The position numbers and the translations under genes are program-made. The notes below the pieces were generated by a model. The model did not search any database, was not told where the DNA came from, and saw only the letters and a program-made list of their open reading frames with translations. This document shows positions 1-9,855 of a DNA stretch of 64,000 nucleotides, piece after piece. The DNA lies in NCBI GenBank assembly GCA_964291265.2, contig OZ219747.1, forward strand, positions 2,976,001-3,040,000. The letters run 5' to 3'. The stretch's first letter is position 1; each line of letters begins with the position of its first letter. The DNA comes from Alphaproteobacteria bacterium (GTDB lineage Bacteria > Pseudomonadota > Alphaproteobacteria > SP197).

Positions 1-858
1 GTCGAGATGATGTCGGGCCAGGGCGTCGAGATAGGCGCCGACTCCCGCCGTCCCCGCCGTTAGTTCGTGATTGGGCGCCCCGGGGTTGAGCTTGAGCGGG
101 ATGTCGTTCTCTGCGTGGAAGTGGAAGTACTGTCCAGGCAGTGAGAGAAGATGTTCCCGCTTTCCATACATGACACCAAGATGCGGACCGAACGTCTTGT
201 AAAGACTGAACAGATAATAATCGACGTCAAGCTCGCGGACATCGGTGGACCTATGCGGGGCCATCGCGACCCCGTCGATGCAGACCTGGGCACCGGCGGC
301 ATGCACCAGCGCGGTGATCTCGCGCACCGGGTTGGGACCGCCGGTGATGTTGGAGCAGTGGGAAAAGCAGACCAGCCTCGTTCTTTCGTTGAGCAGCAGC
401 TCCAGGGTGCGGGTTTCAAGTTCCGCCGTTTCCGGGTTGACCTGCCACTCCCTGATGCGCAGGCCATGTTCGCAAAGACGCCTCCAATGGTTGTTGTTGG
501 CTTCGTGGTCGAGGTTGGTGACGATGATCTCGTCGTTCTCGCGAAGCCCGGAGCGCATGGCCATGGCCAGGGTCTGCACGTTGCGCGTGGTCGAGGGGCC
601 GATGATCACTTCGTCGGTTGCGGCATTGAGCATGGCGGCCGCGGTCGCCTGACCGGCCGCCATGCGCTGCTGCGCGTCCCGCGCAATCGCCGCGTTGTCG
701 CCGGGCTGCACCTGGCACTCGCTCATGTAGGCGCTGACAGCCTCGATCACGGTATGTGGAACGAGACTGCCTCCGGCGTTCTCCATGAAGGCCCAGGAAT
801 CGTCGAGGGCGGGAAAGAAGGAACGGACGTAATCGGTATCGAGCGGGGAAGGGGGCAC
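1..858 (-). CDS. Class V PLP-dependent aminotransferase (cysteine desulfurase-like); runs off the window start
   Basis: Manual translation (not in ORF track): VPPSPLDTDYVRSFFPALDDSWAFMENAGGS...VTNLDHEAN...DYYLFSLYKTFGPHLG (PLP lysine); GTG start with AGGAG upstream. Confidence 0.85.
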   Translation of the reverse strand, partial: MPPSPLDTDYVRSFFPALDDSWAFMENAGGSLVPHTVIEAVSAYMSECQVQPGDNAAIARDAQQRMAAGQATAAAMLNAATDEVIIGPSTTRNVQTLAMAMRSGLRENDEIIVTNLDHEANNNHWRRLCEHGLRIREWQVNPETAELETRTLELLLNERTRLVCFSHCSNITGGPNPVREITALVHAAGAQVCIDGVAMAPHRSTDVRELDVDYYLFSLYKTFGPHLGVMYGKREHLLSLPGQYFHFHAENDIPLKLNPGAPNHELTAGTAGVGAYLDALARHHLD

Positions 859-938
859 GTCAGGACTCTCCTGGGATCGGGGCTGCCATGTCGCCATGGC
901 GGTCATGCGACATCAAGGCTCTTGTCGGCAGGAACAGC

Positions 939-1769
939 CTATTGGCCGAATTCCGCCAGAAACTGTGTGGGCATGAGCGAAACGTGTGCTTCGAGCGGCG
1001 GGTCGAGCTCGAAGGCCTGTGCCGTGCGTGCGACATTCCACAGGCGAAACAGCCTCCATTCGCAGCGTCGTTCCCTGGCGGTTTCCAGTTCATTCCGGGA
1101 TATCCAGAAAGGGGTGCGCGCGTATCCCTTCGTGGTCTTCACCTCCAGGAGGCGAATCGCACCATCAAGAGTGAAACTGGCAATGTCGTATCCGGCGCCG
1201 TCACCATCCTCCCGGGACACCCAGCGCACGTCACGGGCAAGATCAGCACGGCCTCCGCTCGTCAGCACGGCCCGTTCATGGGCCAGAGCGAGACGTTCTC
1301 CGAAGCGGCCGAGTGCCGCCTGGTTGCGTTCGTCCCGCCCCGCGACGTCGTACCTGTCTGCGACCCGCGACACTCTTTCGTGCCCGTCCGGCAATGGATG
1401 GTTGCGACGTGTCGGCGCCGGCTCGACCCTCAGGGGCACCGCATCGGCTGGCTCGATCGCGGGCACGAAGTCCTGCCAGTCGGGATGGCAGGCGAGCCAG
1501 CGAACGACGGCATCCTCGAGAGACTCCTGGAAGTTGCGAGCCGGGGCATAGCCCTGCAACCAGGTTTCGCCGAGTCCTTCGAGGACAGCGCTGATGTTGC
1601 GGTGCTTGAACTCGATGGCTCCTCTTGACCGGGTCCCCAGGCGAATGGCCAGACGGCGGCGGTGTTCGGCCTTGCCGTAACCCTGACCGTTCAATTCGGC
1701 AGACAGCATCCCGAAGTAGTCGGCCACGACCAGGTCATTCTCGTCATCTGTCCACGCGGCGCGCACCAT
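939..1769 (-). CDS. DUF3883 (NO VEIN C-terminal-like) PD-(D/E)xK nuclease-domain protein
   Basis: WTDDENDLVVADYF N-terminus; WVSREDGDGAGYDIASF...LLEVKTT...FWISRNE C-terminal motif. Confidence 0.8.
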   Translation of the reverse strand: MVRAAWTDDENDLVVADYFGMLSAELNGQGYGKAEHRRRLAIRLGTRSRGAIEFKHRNISAVLEGLGETWLQGYAPARNFQESLEDAVVRWLACHPDWQDFVPAIEPADAVPLRVEPAPTRRNHPLPDGHERVSRVADRYDVAGRDERNQAALGRFGERLALAHERAVLTSGGRADLARDVRWVSREDGDGAGYDIASFTLDGAIRLLEVKTTKGYARTPFWISRNELETARERRCEWRLFRLWNVARTAQAFELDPPLEAHVSLMPTQFLAEFGQ

Positions 1770-1877
1770 GCTTACAGGGTAGCGGACCGGCCTGCGCCTG
1801 TCATGCGGTGTTGCGACCTTTCCTTCTGATCGGATTGGCGGCAATGTCACCGATCGGGAGACAGGCTGGAGACACAC

Positions 1878-2444
1878 ATGACGACACGATCGGCGCATCG
1901 CCTTCAACCGCTCGCTCCGCAGGCATGGGATCCTGCTCTTGTCGATGTTCGGCGCGGGATCGGGCAGCCTCTCAACATTCACGGGGTCATTGCCCGCCAT
2001 CCGGAACTTATGGTGAGCTACGCGCCATTGCGCGAACATGTCGTGACGTCGTCTTCGCTTGATGCCGGGGAGAGGGAACTCGTCATCCTGCGAGTGGCCC
2101 ACCGCACCGCGTGCGACTACGAGTGGCGTCACCACGTGGCGCGCGGCCGCAGGGCCGGCCTCGACGATGACTGCATTGCCCGCGTACGGGAGGGAAGCGA
2201 GGCGTCTGGCTGGTCAAGGAAGGAATCGCTTCTGCTGCGCGCCGTCGACGACATGCTCGATGCCAGCGAGATCGGACCGGAGACCCTGGGCGCGCTGGAG
2301 GGCGTTTTCGGCGACAGGCAGATTCTGGACATTGTCTTCACCGTTGGCGTCTACTTCATCATGTCGACGCTCCTCAAGACCACGCGTGTTCCGCTCGAAG
2401 TCGAATTCGATGACGATACGAGTCTGGCGCCCGGCGCCGGCTGA
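1878..2444 (+). CDS. Carboxymuconolactone decarboxylase/AhpD-family protein
   Basis: RELVILRVAHRTACDYEWRHH motif, 188 aa. Confidence 0.8.
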   Translation: MTTRSAHRLQPLAPQAWDPALVDVRRGIGQPLNIHGVIARHPELMVSYAPLREHVVTSSSLDAGERELVILRVAHRTACDYEWRHHVARGRRAGLDDDCIARVREGSEASGWSRKESLLLRAVDDMLDASEIGPETLGALEGVFGDRQILDIVFTVGVYFIMSTLLKTTRVPLEVEFDDDTSLAPGAG

Positions 2445-2539
2445 CCGTCCGGTGCGCCGTCTTGCGATCCGGCGCCCGCCTGTGCCATGACAATGGCCTG
2501 ATTGACCAGGGACGGGAACGGGCCTGTGACAACCTGTCG

Positions 2540-3553
2540 ATGGAAGACATGAAGGGGGCATGCTCCCCCTATCTGCTGTTTCTGGGTGACGCTCGGGACG
2601 ATTTGTCGATCAAGGGAGCAACCGGAGTGAGGATCTGGCGCCCCGAGAAGGCGAGAGCACAGATCCGGCTTGCCGGTTGCAGTCAGGATCTCGGATTGCC
2701 AGACATGACGGCCCGCGAGGCGGCAGACGCTGGATGCCGGACGATGCTGGTGGGCGTCGCCAATGCGGGTGGGTTCATTCCCGATCACTGGAGCGCCACG
2801 ATCATCGAGGCCCTCGAGGCAGGACTTGACGTCATGGCCGGCATGCACACGCGCCTGGCGGACATTCCGGCCATTGCCGAGGCCGCACGACGTCACGGAC
2901 GAACGCTCCATGATGTGCGCCAGGGCACCAGGGAGTTCTCGGTCGGCAAGGGCACCCCGCGAAGCGGAAGACGACTTCTCACCGTCGGCACGGACAGTTC
3001 CCTGGGCAAGATGTTCACGTCCCTTGCCATCGAACGCGAGATGCACGAACGCGGCATGAGGGCGACCTTCAGGGCTACAGGACAGTCCGGAATATTCATC
3101 GCCGGAAGCGGTATCGCCGTCGACGGAGTGGTGGCCGATTTCATTTCCGGGGCCGTGGAGTGGCTTGCGCCGGCGAACGATTCCGATCACTGGGATATCA
3201 TCGAGGGTCAGGGATCGCTCTTCCACCCCTCCTTTGCCGGGGTGAGCCTCGGCCTTCTTCACGGCGCCCAGGCGGAAGCCCTCGTCATGTGTCACGAACC
3301 CGTGCGCGCTCATATGCGCGGTCTTCCCGGACAACCCCTTCCGCCGCTCCGGCACTGTATCGAGACGAATGAGCGGATGGCCAGACTGACGTCCCCTCAT
3401 GCCCGCGTTGTCGCCATCTCCATCAATACCTCCGCACTCGGAGAGCAAGAGGCGCTTCGCGAGATCGCGACGACTGCCGCCGAACACGGCCTGCCGTGCG
3501 GCGATCCGGTGCGGCATGGCGCCTCGTTCATTGTCGATGCCCTGGCGCCATGA
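2540..3553 (+). CDS. dgcN: DUF1611 family protein, D-glutamate N-acetyltransferase DgcN-like
   Basis: PYLLFLGDA, RLLTVGTDSSLGKMFTSL, ATGQSGI, IEGQGSLFHPSFAGVSLGLLHGAQ; stop overlaps dgcA start (ATGA). Confidence 0.85.
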   Translation: MEDMKGACSPYLLFLGDARDDLSIKGATGVRIWRPEKARAQIRLAGCSQDLGLPDMTAREAADAGCRTMLVGVANAGGFIPDHWSATIIEALEAGLDVMAGMHTRLADIPAIAEAARRHGRTLHDVRQGTREFSVGKGTPRSGRRLLTVGTDSSLGKMFTSLAIEREMHERGMRATFRATGQSGIFIAGSGIAVDGVVADFISGAVEWLAPANDSDHWDIIEGQGSLFHPSFAGVSLGLLHGAQAEALVMCHEPVRAHMRGLPGQPLPPLRHCIETNERMARLTSPHARVVAISINTSALGEQEALREIATTAAEHGLPCGDPVRHGASFIVDALAP

Positions 3554-4581
3554 CATGTCCGGGCCATCGGCGAACCGTCAGCGCACGCCGCGAGACGTGG
3601 CCGCTGGCCCGCCCCTTCAGGATTGCGCGAGGGGCGAAGAGCGAGGCCCGCGTCATCGTCGTCGAAATCGGGCAGGATGGCATGAGCGGCAGGGGCGAGT
3701 GTGTTCCCTACGCACGCTACGGCGAAACCACGGAGTCGGTGCTCCAGGACATCTCCCTTCTGACGGAGGCGGTGAAGGGAGGCGCTCGCCGACACGGTCT
3801 GCAGGGACGAGGAGCGGCCCGCAATGCGATCGATTGTGCCTTGTGGGATCTCGAGGCGCGGCTCGCCGGCCAGACTGTCTGGCGGTACGCCGGCCTGCGT
3901 GAGCCTTCATCTCTCGTCACCGCCTGGACCATTGGAATCGATTCTCCGGAAGCCATGAAGAGGGCCGCCGCCGACAACCGGACGCGGCCGCTTCTCAAGG
4001 TCAAGCTCGACGGTGAGCGCGTCATGGAGAGGATGCGAGCCGTCCGCGAAGGCGCTCCCGGGGCTCGTCTCGTGATCGACGCCAACGAGGCCTGGACCAT
4101 GGACCAGCTCCTCGCTCTCGCTGACGACCTCGCGGGTCTCGGTGTCGAGATGATCGAACAGCCCCTGCCCGTGGGGAAGGATGAGGCGCTGGCCGGTTTC
4201 AGGTCCCCGCTCGTCCTGTGTGCCGACGAGTCCTGCCATACCGCAGCCGATGTCGACCGGCTGGCGGGCTGCTACGACATGGTGAACATCAAGCTCGACA
4301 AGGCAGGCGGCCTGACCGGCGCCCTGGCGCTGCGCCAGGCGGCTCGCCATTGCGGACTGCGTGTCATGGTGGGCTGCATGGTGAGCACCTCGCTGGCCAT
4401 GGCGCCGGCGATGCTGGTTGCCCAAGGCGCTGACATCGTCGACCTCGACGGCCCGTTGATGCTTCGCATCGATCGTGAAGGCGGTATCCACTACGATGGA
4501 AGCGTCATGCATCCGCCTCACGTCTCCCTGTGGGGAGGAGGCGAGATCGCCGGACCGGGGACGCATGACGCGGCCCGGTAG
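3550..4581 (+). CDS. dgcA: Enolase-superfamily N-acetyl-D-Glu racemase / L-Ala-D/L-Glu epimerase
   Basis: GECVPYARYGE, ARNAIDCALWDL, KVKL, DANEAW, EQP, ADES, NIKLDKAGG, DLDGPL. Confidence 0.85.
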   Translation: MTCPGHRRTVSARRETWPLARPFRIARGAKSEARVIVVEIGQDGMSGRGECVPYARYGETTESVLQDISLLTEAVKGGARRHGLQGRGAARNAIDCALWDLEARLAGQTVWRYAGLREPSSLVTAWTIGIDSPEAMKRAAADNRTRPLLKVKLDGERVMERMRAVREGAPGARLVIDANEAWTMDQLLALADDLAGLGVEMIEQPLPVGKDEALAGFRSPLVLCADESCHTAADVDRLAGCYDMVNIKLDKAGGLTGALALRQAARHCGLRVMVGCMVSTSLAMAPAMLVAQGADIVDLDGPLMLRIDREGGIHYDGSVMHPPHVSLWGGGEIAGPGTHDAAR

Positions 4582-5815
4582 TCAGGGGAGAGGAAAACTG
4601 GCGGACATTCACTCAAGGATCACCCAGGCCATCATGGAGCAGTTGCGCAACGGCATCCGGCCTTGGATGCGACCCTGGGAATCGGGGGCGGAAGGCGACT
4701 ACGAGGGTGCCGGTCTGCCCCTGCGCGATACCGGACAGTCCTACAGCGGCATCAACGTTCTCGTCCTGTGGGCTGCGGCCGCTGCCGCCGGCTACCTGAA
4801 ACCGACCTGGATGACCTTCAACCAGGCGAAACGCCACGGTGGACGTGTGAGGAAGGGCGAGAAGGGCCAGTCGGTCGTCTATGCGGACCAGTACACCAGG
4901 AAGACACTCGATCCCGAAACCGGCCAGGAAAACGTGCGCCGTCAGGGTTTCCACAAGACCTTCACGGTGTTCAACGTTGATCAGATCGATGGCCTCGATC
5001 CACGCTGGCACCGCACCTATGCCGAACTCCACCCCGTCAATCGCGATCGGCGGTCCCGGGACCTCGATCGCTTCTTCCTTGATCTGGGCATCGATGTCCG
5101 CCATGGCGGGGATGAGGCCTACTATGTCATGGCGGACGACTACATCCAGATGCCGCCCTACGAGCTCTTCCACGATGCGCAGGCCTACTACACGACCCTG
5201 GCCCATGAATCGGTCCACTGGACGCGTCATGCGAGTCGCCTCAACCGCACGTTCAGGGGCAGTGATCAGGTGCCCTACGCGAAGGAGGAACTGGTCGCGG
5301 AGATCGGCTCTGCCTTCCTCTCGGCCGAACTCGGCATGGCTCCCGTCATCCGGGACGATCATGCCGATTACATCGGCGCCTGGCTGAGAGTTCTCGAGGA
5401 CGACAGCAAGGCAATCTTCCGGGCGGCCAGCCAGGCATCGAAAGCGGTCGCCTGGCTGCTCGATCAGGCCGGCCGACGCGCCGCCGGAGAGTCACGACAT
5501 CTGCCACAAAAGGATGAACCGCCCGTCTCCACATGGGTTCAGGAGAGCTTCTTCCGCAGTGTGGCGGAGAACGGTCGCGGCTGGATCCTGCGACCCATGA
5601 GCCTTCGGTTGTCGGAGGCGATGGGAACGACCTTTCCGATCATTGCCATTGGCACCCGGGTCGAGAAGGAGATTGGCGACCGAGCCTGCGAGACGGGCGA
5701 GATTGTCGCCCTTGATGGCGACGATGCCATCGTTCACTGGCACACTGGTGAACGCACGGAGCGGATGGCGCGGGCTGTCCTGCCCGACCTCGTCGTGGCC
5801 GACGGGGAACCGTGA
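4565..5815 (+). CDS. ArdC-family ssDNA-binding/antirestriction protein with zincin-like domain and C-terminal extension
   Basis: PWMRPW, YSGINVLVLW, WMTFNQAK..GGRVRKGEKG, LAHESVHWT, YAKEELVAEIGSAF, HADYIGAWL. Confidence 0.85.
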   Translation: MTRPGSQGRGKLADIHSRITQAIMEQLRNGIRPWMRPWESGAEGDYEGAGLPLRDTGQSYSGINVLVLWAAAAAAGYLKPTWMTFNQAKRHGGRVRKGEKGQSVVYADQYTRKTLDPETGQENVRRQGFHKTFTVFNVDQIDGLDPRWHRTYAELHPVNRDRRSRDLDRFFLDLGIDVRHGGDEAYYVMADDYIQMPPYELFHDAQAYYTTLAHESVHWTRHASRLNRTFRGSDQVPYAKEELVAEIGSAFLSAELGMAPVIRDDHADYIGAWLRVLEDDSKAIFRAASQASKAVAWLLDQAGRRAAGESRHLPQKDEPPVSTWVQESFFRSVAENGRGWILRPMSLRLSEAMGTTFPIIAIGTRVEKEIGDRACETGEIVALDGDDAIVHWHTGERTERMARAVLPDLVVADGEP

Positions 5816-5857
5816 GGCGAGCCGCTCCGGGGGGCGTTCGTTCGACGGAAGACGGCG

Positions 5858-8800
5858 ATGACATTCGTGCTCGATGAGAGGGAGGCTGGCACCGCTTCTG
5901 TCCGCCTCGACGCCACGTCCGACGAGACTCGGCGTGTCGCCGAGCTCATGGCCGAGGTCCGCCTCGAGGCCAGGGATGAACGCGCCGTCAGGAAACGTGC
6001 CATCGAACTCGTGACTCACGTGAGGGCCAACAGGCGCCACGTCGGCGGCATCGACGCCTTCATGCACGAATACGATCTTTCCAGTCATGAAGGCGTGGCC
6101 ATCATGTGCCTCGCCGAGGCCCTGCTGCGGATTCCCGACGCCTCCACGGCGCTGCTGTTCATTCAGGACAAGATCGGCGATGCGGACTGGGAACGGCATC
6201 TGGGTGACAGCGAGTCGCTGTTCGTCAACGCTTCGACGTGGGGACTGATGCTCACCGGGCGCCTCGTCAACCTGGATCCCGAGTGGACGGGGAATGCGCG
6301 CAGCACGGTCTCCCGCTTTGTCAGCCGCCTCGGTGAACCCGTCGTCCGGGAGGCCTTTCTCCACGCCATGCGCATTGTCGGCCGGCAGTTCGTCATGGGT
6401 CGCGACATGAATGAGGCCCTGGCCAACGCGAACGAGGATGTGGCGCACGGCTACACGCATTCCTTCGACATGCTGGGGGAGGCGGCCTGCACCATGGCGG
6501 ATGCCGATCGCTACCTGGAACACTACCGCCATGCCATCGAGCGGGTTGGGGAAGCTCGATGGAACCAGCCTCCGCGGCGCCGCGCCAGCGTCTCCGTCAA
6601 GTTGTCGGCGCTCCACCCTCGCTACGAGATGGCCCAGCGCTCCCGTGTTCTGAGTGAACTTGCGCCACGCCTTGTCACGCTTGGCCGCCTTGCTCGCGAT
6701 CGTGGCATCGACCTCACCGTCGACGCCGAGGAGGCGGACCGACTCGAACTCTCGCTGGATGTCCTGGCCGTGGCAGCCCGCGCCCTCGCAGGCTGGAACG
6801 GTCTGGGTCTGGCGGTGCAGGCCTACCAGAAGCGAGCGGTGGCGGTGATCGACTGGCTGGCCTGCCTGGCCACGGACACAAGCCGCAGGATTCCCGTGCG
6901 CCTGGTCAAGGGCGCCTACTGGGATAGCGAGATCAAGCGGGCCCAGGAGCTCGGCCTCGAGCACTTTCCCGTCTTCACGCGCAAGGCATCGACGGACGTT
7001 TCCTACATCGCCTGTGCCAGGAGACTTCTGGCCCGGCCGGATCTCTTCTTTCCTCAGTTCGCCACGCACAACGCCCAGACCATCGCCACCATTCTCGTTC
7101 TGGCCGGCGGCCGGCGCGACGTCGAGTTCCAGCGCCTTCACGGCATGGGTCAGGAGGTCTACCGGACCCTGGTCGGAAGGGGTGGTGACGGCGTGGCCTG
7201 CCGCATCTACGCACCCGTCGGGAGTCATGACGATCTCCTGCCCTATCTCGTTCGCCGGTTGCTTGAGAACGGCGCCAACACCTCGTTCGTGAATCGCCTC
7301 GTCGATGACAGCCTTCCCATCGAAGAACTGGTGAAGGACCCGGTCACGGTGTTGCGGCAGGCCGATACCGTGGTGCATCCGGCCATCCTGCCGCCACCTT
7401 GCCTCTATGGCCGGGAGAGAAGAAACGCGCGGGGATTCGATCTCACCAGGGCGGCGGTTCTCCACCGGCTCGCCCGTGACATGGACCGGGCCGCTGCAGA
7501 CCTGCCCTGGGCGGTCGACACGTCGTGCAACGGCAGGGAGCTGACGATCATCAGTCCGGCAGACCGGCGCCGGACGGTCGGGAGCATCAGGGAGGCAAGC
7601 GAGAGTGACCTCCTTGCAGCACTGTCCGCAGCCCGGGATGCGGCCCCCGACTGGAGTGCCACTCCCGTCGACAGCCGCGCCTCCTGCCTGGAAAGTGCGG
7701 CCCACTTCCTCGAAAGGGACTGTGCCCGGCTGATGGCGACGGCCGTTCTGGAGGGTGGAAAGACGATCAGCGATGCGTGCGCGGAGGTGCGCGAGGCGGT
7801 CGACTTCCTCAGGTACTATGCCATGCGGGCGCGCGCGGAATTCGCCGGCGCGAGCGAGCTTCCAGGGCCCACCGGCGAGTCCAATCGCATCAGTCTTCAC
7901 GGGCGTGGCGTATTTGCCTGCATTTCCCCCTGGAACTTTCCCCTTGCCATCTTCTGTGGTCAGGTGGCAGCGGCCCTGGCGGCGGGAAATGCGGTGATCG
8001 CCAAGCCGGCCGAACAGACGCCTCTCATGGCCGCGCACGCTGTCCACCTCCTTCATGAGGCCGGCATTCCCGAAGACGTGCTGTCGTTGATTCCCGGTGA
8101 CGGCGCTACCGGCGCTGCGCTCGTCGGCGACCCCCGTATCGACGGTGTGGCCTTCACCGGATCGACCGCCACCGCGCGACGCATCAACCTTGCCCTTGCC
8201 GGTCGGAGCGGCGCCATCGTGCCCCTGATCGCCGAGACCGGGGGACAGAATGCCATGATCGTCGATTCGACGGCACTGCCCGAGCAGGTGACATTCGATG
8301 TCATCCGTTCAGGCATCACCAGCGCCGGTCAGCGCTGTTCGGCCCTGCGCGTGCTCTGTCTGCAGGAAGAGATCGCCGACCGGGTGATCACGATGTTGTC
8401 GGGCGCCATGGCGGAACTGAAGGTCGGCGATCCCGCTCTCATCAGCACCGACGTCGGCCCCGTGATCGACGATGAAGCGCTGGCCGGGCTCGAGTCCCAT
8501 CTTGCCGGAATGGAATCGGCTGGCCGCATTCTCTTTCGCTCTCCCCTTGACCCGGACCTCGTCCGACACGGCACGTTTCTGGCCCCCGCGCTCGTGGAGA
8601 TTCCCGGCATCGATCTCCTCGAGCGCGAGGTGTTCGGCCCGGTGATCCACGTGGTGCGCTTTTCCAGGGACAGGCTCCACGAGGTGCTCGACGCCATCGT
8701 TGCCACCGGCTTCGGCCTGACACTCGGAATCCACACCCGCATCGAGTCGCGCGCAAGGTGGATTGCCGGGCGCATGCCGATCGGCAACATCTACGTGAAC

Positions 8801-8980
8801 CGCAACATGATCGGTGCCGTGGTGGGAAGCCAGCCCTTCGGTGGCGAGCGTCTTTCGGGCACAGGTCCGAAGGCCGGCGGCCCCCGCTACCTTCACCGGT
8901 TCGCGACGGAGCGGGTCGTGTCGACCGACACGACCGCCGGAGGAGGCAACGCCACGCTCATGTCTCTGGGAGAAGCCTGA
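5858..8980 (+). CDS. putA: Bifunctional proline dehydrogenase / L-glutamate gamma-semialdehyde dehydrogenase
   Basis: 1040 aa; SVKLSALHPRY, RLVKGAYWD, FQRLHGMG, YLVRRLLENGANTSF, ISPWNFP, ETGGQN, AGQRCSALR. Confidence 0.95.
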   Translation: MTFVLDEREAGTASVRLDATSDETRRVAELMAEVRLEARDERAVRKRAIELVTHVRANRRHVGGIDAFMHEYDLSSHEGVAIMCLAEALLRIPDASTALLFIQDKIGDADWERHLGDSESLFVNASTWGLMLTGRLVNLDPEWTGNARSTVSRFVSRLGEPVVREAFLHAMRIVGRQFVMGRDMNEALANANEDVAHGYTHSFDMLGEAACTMADADRYLEHYRHAIERVGEARWNQPPRRRASVSVKLSALHPRYEMAQRSRVLSELAPRLVTLGRLARDRGIDLTVDAEEADRLELSLDVLAVAARALAGWNGLGLAVQAYQKRAVAVIDWLACLATDTSRRIPVRLVKGAYWDSEIKRAQELGLEHFPVFTRKASTDVSYIACARRLLARPDLFFPQFATHNAQTIATILVLAGGRRDVEFQRLHGMGQEVYRTLVGRGGDGVACRIYAPVGSHDDLLPYLVRRLLENGANTSFVNRLVDDSLPIEELVKDPVTVLRQADTVVHPAILPPPCLYGRERRNARGFDLTRAAVLHRLARDMDRAAADLPWAVDTSCNGRELTIISPADRRRTVGSIREASESDLLAALSAARDAAPDWSATPVDSRASCLESAAHFLERDCARLMATAVLEGGKTISDACAEVREAVDFLRYYAMRARAEFAGASELPGPTGESNRISLHGRGVFACISPWNFPLAIFCGQVAAALAAGNAVIAKPAEQTPLMAAHAVHLLHEAGIPEDVLSLIPGDGATGAALVGDPRIDGVAFTGSTATARRINLALAGRSGAIVPLIAETGGQNAMIVDSTALPEQVTFDVIRSGITSAGQRCSALRVLCLQEEIADRVITMLSGAMAELKVGDPALISTDVGPVIDDEALAGLESHLAGMESAGRILFRSPLDPDLVRHGTFLAPALVEIPGIDLLEREVFGPVIHVVRFSRDRLHEVLDAIVATGFGLTLGIHTRIESRARWIAGRMPIGNIYVNRNMIGAVVGSQPFGGERLSGTGPKAGGPRYLHRFATERVVSTDTTAGGGNATLMSLGEA

Positions 8981-8999
8981 TCGGGCATGTGTTCGGACA

Positions 9000-9781
9000 T
9001 CAACATGAAAGGACCGTTGCCCTGGCTGCGTGACGTGATGGCGCTGCCTGTGTTTGGAGAGGCTCAGGTCCATGAAGGCAGGCGGGTGCCCGGGTCGCCG
9101 TCAACGGCAGTTCCGAGGACACCACCCGTGACGCCATCAGGGGGCTCGATGCCGCAGACCGTGTTGTCGCCGCAGCGGGATCGATGGCCAGCGTACCGGG
9201 TTGCGGGGCGATCGTGGAGGCCGCCGCGGGAGGACTCGGTGGCCTCGATGTGCTTGTCAACCATGCCGGGAGGGGCGGCGGCGCGATCGGGGAATTCACG
9301 AAGGAGTTGTTGTTGACGGCAACATCGACACCAACCTCAAGGGCACGTTCTCCACAACCACCCAGACCTCGGTCCCGCGCCTGCGCCGCACCGGATGCAG
9401 CATCGTCAATTTCGCGTCGGTGAATGACATGACCGGCGTCGTGCGGAGCACCGCCCATGGGCCCTCGAAGGCCGGAGTCATCGACATGATCATCATGACC
9501 AGGTGTTCATGACCAGGTGTCCGGCGAAGGAGCTCGCACCGGTGTCCGGGTGAATGCGGTTGCCCGGGAAGAGTCGATACCGACATGCTTGCAGGAGCTT
9601 GCCGTGCGTATCGCCGACAATGTCGGGGACGGGTATCGGCTCATCGCCAGGGATTGTCTGTCCGCAACGGCGCATGGCGAGGACCGCCGTGCTCGCCGGA
9701 CCGGTGCTGTTCCTCGCCAGCGATGCGACAACCTTTGCGACGGGGACGATCGTGGACATCGACGGTGACGGGACCGCATGA
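9000..9781 (+). pseudogene. Degraded SDR-family oxidoreductase
   Basis: SDR fragments in different frames: GGLDVLVNHAG, SIVNFASV, GPSKAGV, GVRVNAVA, VLFLASDATTFATGTIVDIDG; 5' boundary approximate. Confidence 0.7.
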
Positions 9782-9855
9782 TCGATCTTGACACGCCAGT
9801 GTGATCGAATACCGTTGAACGGCCCGTCGGCTTCATACGGACCCTGGCAGGTTCC

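Noticed and set aside
5492-8056. Long antisense or off-frame ORFs (also 151-1551, 9858-11420, 20378-22012, 24551-26113, 39706-41205, 41805-43187, 48078-49550)
   Set aside because: Shadow ORFs of well-supported genes, expected in high-GC DNA; no recognisable motifs
9770-9855. FNR/FixK box upstream of ccoN
   Set aside because: No convincing TTGAT-N4-ATCAA match found
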